Of a DNA stretch of 64,000 bases, positions 63,214 through 64,000 are shown in pieces. The stretch is from positions 416,001-480,000 of the forward strand of contig CBDCOX010000002.1 of NCBI GenBank assembly GCA_965219995.1, written 5' to 3'. The stretch's first letter is position 1. Each line of letters begins with the position of its first letter. The notes beneath the pieces were generated by a model. The model saw nothing but the letters and a program-made list of their open reading frames with translations. It was not told where the DNA came from and did no database searches. Made by a program: the position numbers and the translations under genes. The DNA comes from Candidatus Latescibacterota bacterium. Lineage in GTDB: Bacteria; Latescibacterota; UBA2968; GCA-2709665.

Positions 63214-63299
63214 TTTATGGTCGTGACTCCTGTAAACGCGACGGATCCGGGATTGGAACGGCGCCGGTCGCGTGATGTCGCCTCTGGGGTCGCGTCGAC

Positions 63300-64000
63300 C
63301 TACTTATGTCGATCGACCACGTGTCTTACGGCGAGTTCCAGCGCATTTCGGGCGTCCGACGAGTTCAGTTCGGCCAGGCTCTTCAGGCCGGAGGAGGCAT
63401 ACTGCCGCGCTTCCCGTCGGGCGGCTTCGATACCGTCGTAACGCCTTACGAAGCGAAAGACTTCCTGGAGTTCGGCGTCGGATTCAATGCCGTTGCGCAC
63501 TTTTTCCTGAATCTGTTCGGCGTCGCCGTTGGGGCAATTCGCCAGAGCGCGAATCAGTGGCAACGTCAGTTTTTTCTCACGTACGTCCGTGCCCACCGGC
63601 TTTCCGAGAGACGCTTCGTCCCCGACAAAGTCCAGCAGATCGTCGGTTATCTGGAAGGCGATTCCCACTTCCTTGCCAAACGCGGACATCCTCGAGACCT
63701 GCTCGGGTGTGCCGCCTCCCAATATGGCGCCAACCTCGCAGGCCAGCGCCATCAGCGATGCCGTCTTCTTGTCGATCATGTTGAAATAGCGCGCCGCTTC
63801 AGCGTCGTTTCCGCTCTCCACCTCCAGAATCTCACCTTCGATCATCCGGCTGACTGCGCGTGTGGCGGCTCGCATGACTTCCATGGAATCGAGACCGACC
63901 AGGAGCTGCAATGCCCTGGCCAGCAGGAAGTCTCCCATCAGAACGGCTGCTTTATTGCCCCATCTCAGGTTGAGGACCTCCGCGCCCCTGCGTTTGTCGG
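63300..64000 (-). CDS. Polyprenyl diphosphate synthase (5' part outside window)
   Basis: Frame open to the window edge: DKRRG...GNKAAVLMGD, KTA, FQITDDLLD, GKP. Confidence 0.93.
   Translation of the reverse strand, partial: DKRRGAEVLNLRWGNKAAVLMGDFLLARALQLLVGLDSMEVMRAATRAVSRMIEGEILEVESGNDAEAARYFNMIDKKTASLMALACEVGAILGGGTPEQVSRMSAFGKEVGIAFQITDDLLDFVGDEASLGKPVGTDVREKKLTLPLIRALANCPNGDAEQIQEKVRNGIESDAELQEVFRFVRRYDGIEAARREARQYASSGLKSLAELNSSDARNALELAVRHVVDRHK

Overview
GC-rich bacterial chromosome segment, most likely from an FCB-group candidate lineage such as Latescibacterota/PAUC34f. This is an inference from a C-terminal dockerin-like repeat, a DUF6029-like gene and 16S signatures; no database search was run. 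The left half (1-31.6 kb, mostly minus strand) mixes accessory and core genes: ABC transporters, an OprB porin, two toxin-antitoxin loci, an N-methyl-amino-acid catabolic-like cluster, nadA, a GHMP kinase/GalU pair, trxA, holA, purM, folP, ftsH and tilS. It also holds a three-gene envelope redox operon: TlpA, a DUF6029-like barrel, and an exported redoxin that the ORF track splits at an in-frame UGA forming a UxxC motif followed by a SECIS-like hairpin, i.e. a likely selenoprotein. The centre is a complete rrn operon (16S, tRNA-Ile, tRNA-Ala, 23S, 5S). Its 23S carries a 675-nt group I intron at E. coli position 1923 encoding an I-CeuI-like LAGLIDADG endonuclease. The right half is a housekeeping run (EF-G paralog, yebC, ruvCAB, tsaB, rimI, holB, metG, tatD, rsmA, ilvE, proC, hisHF, proB, ftsB-like, recO, valS, PBP1A) converging on secDF and a polyprenyl synthase. 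Two copies of a 162-bp MITE with 3-bp TNA duplications are present. All family assignments come from motif recognition by eye.
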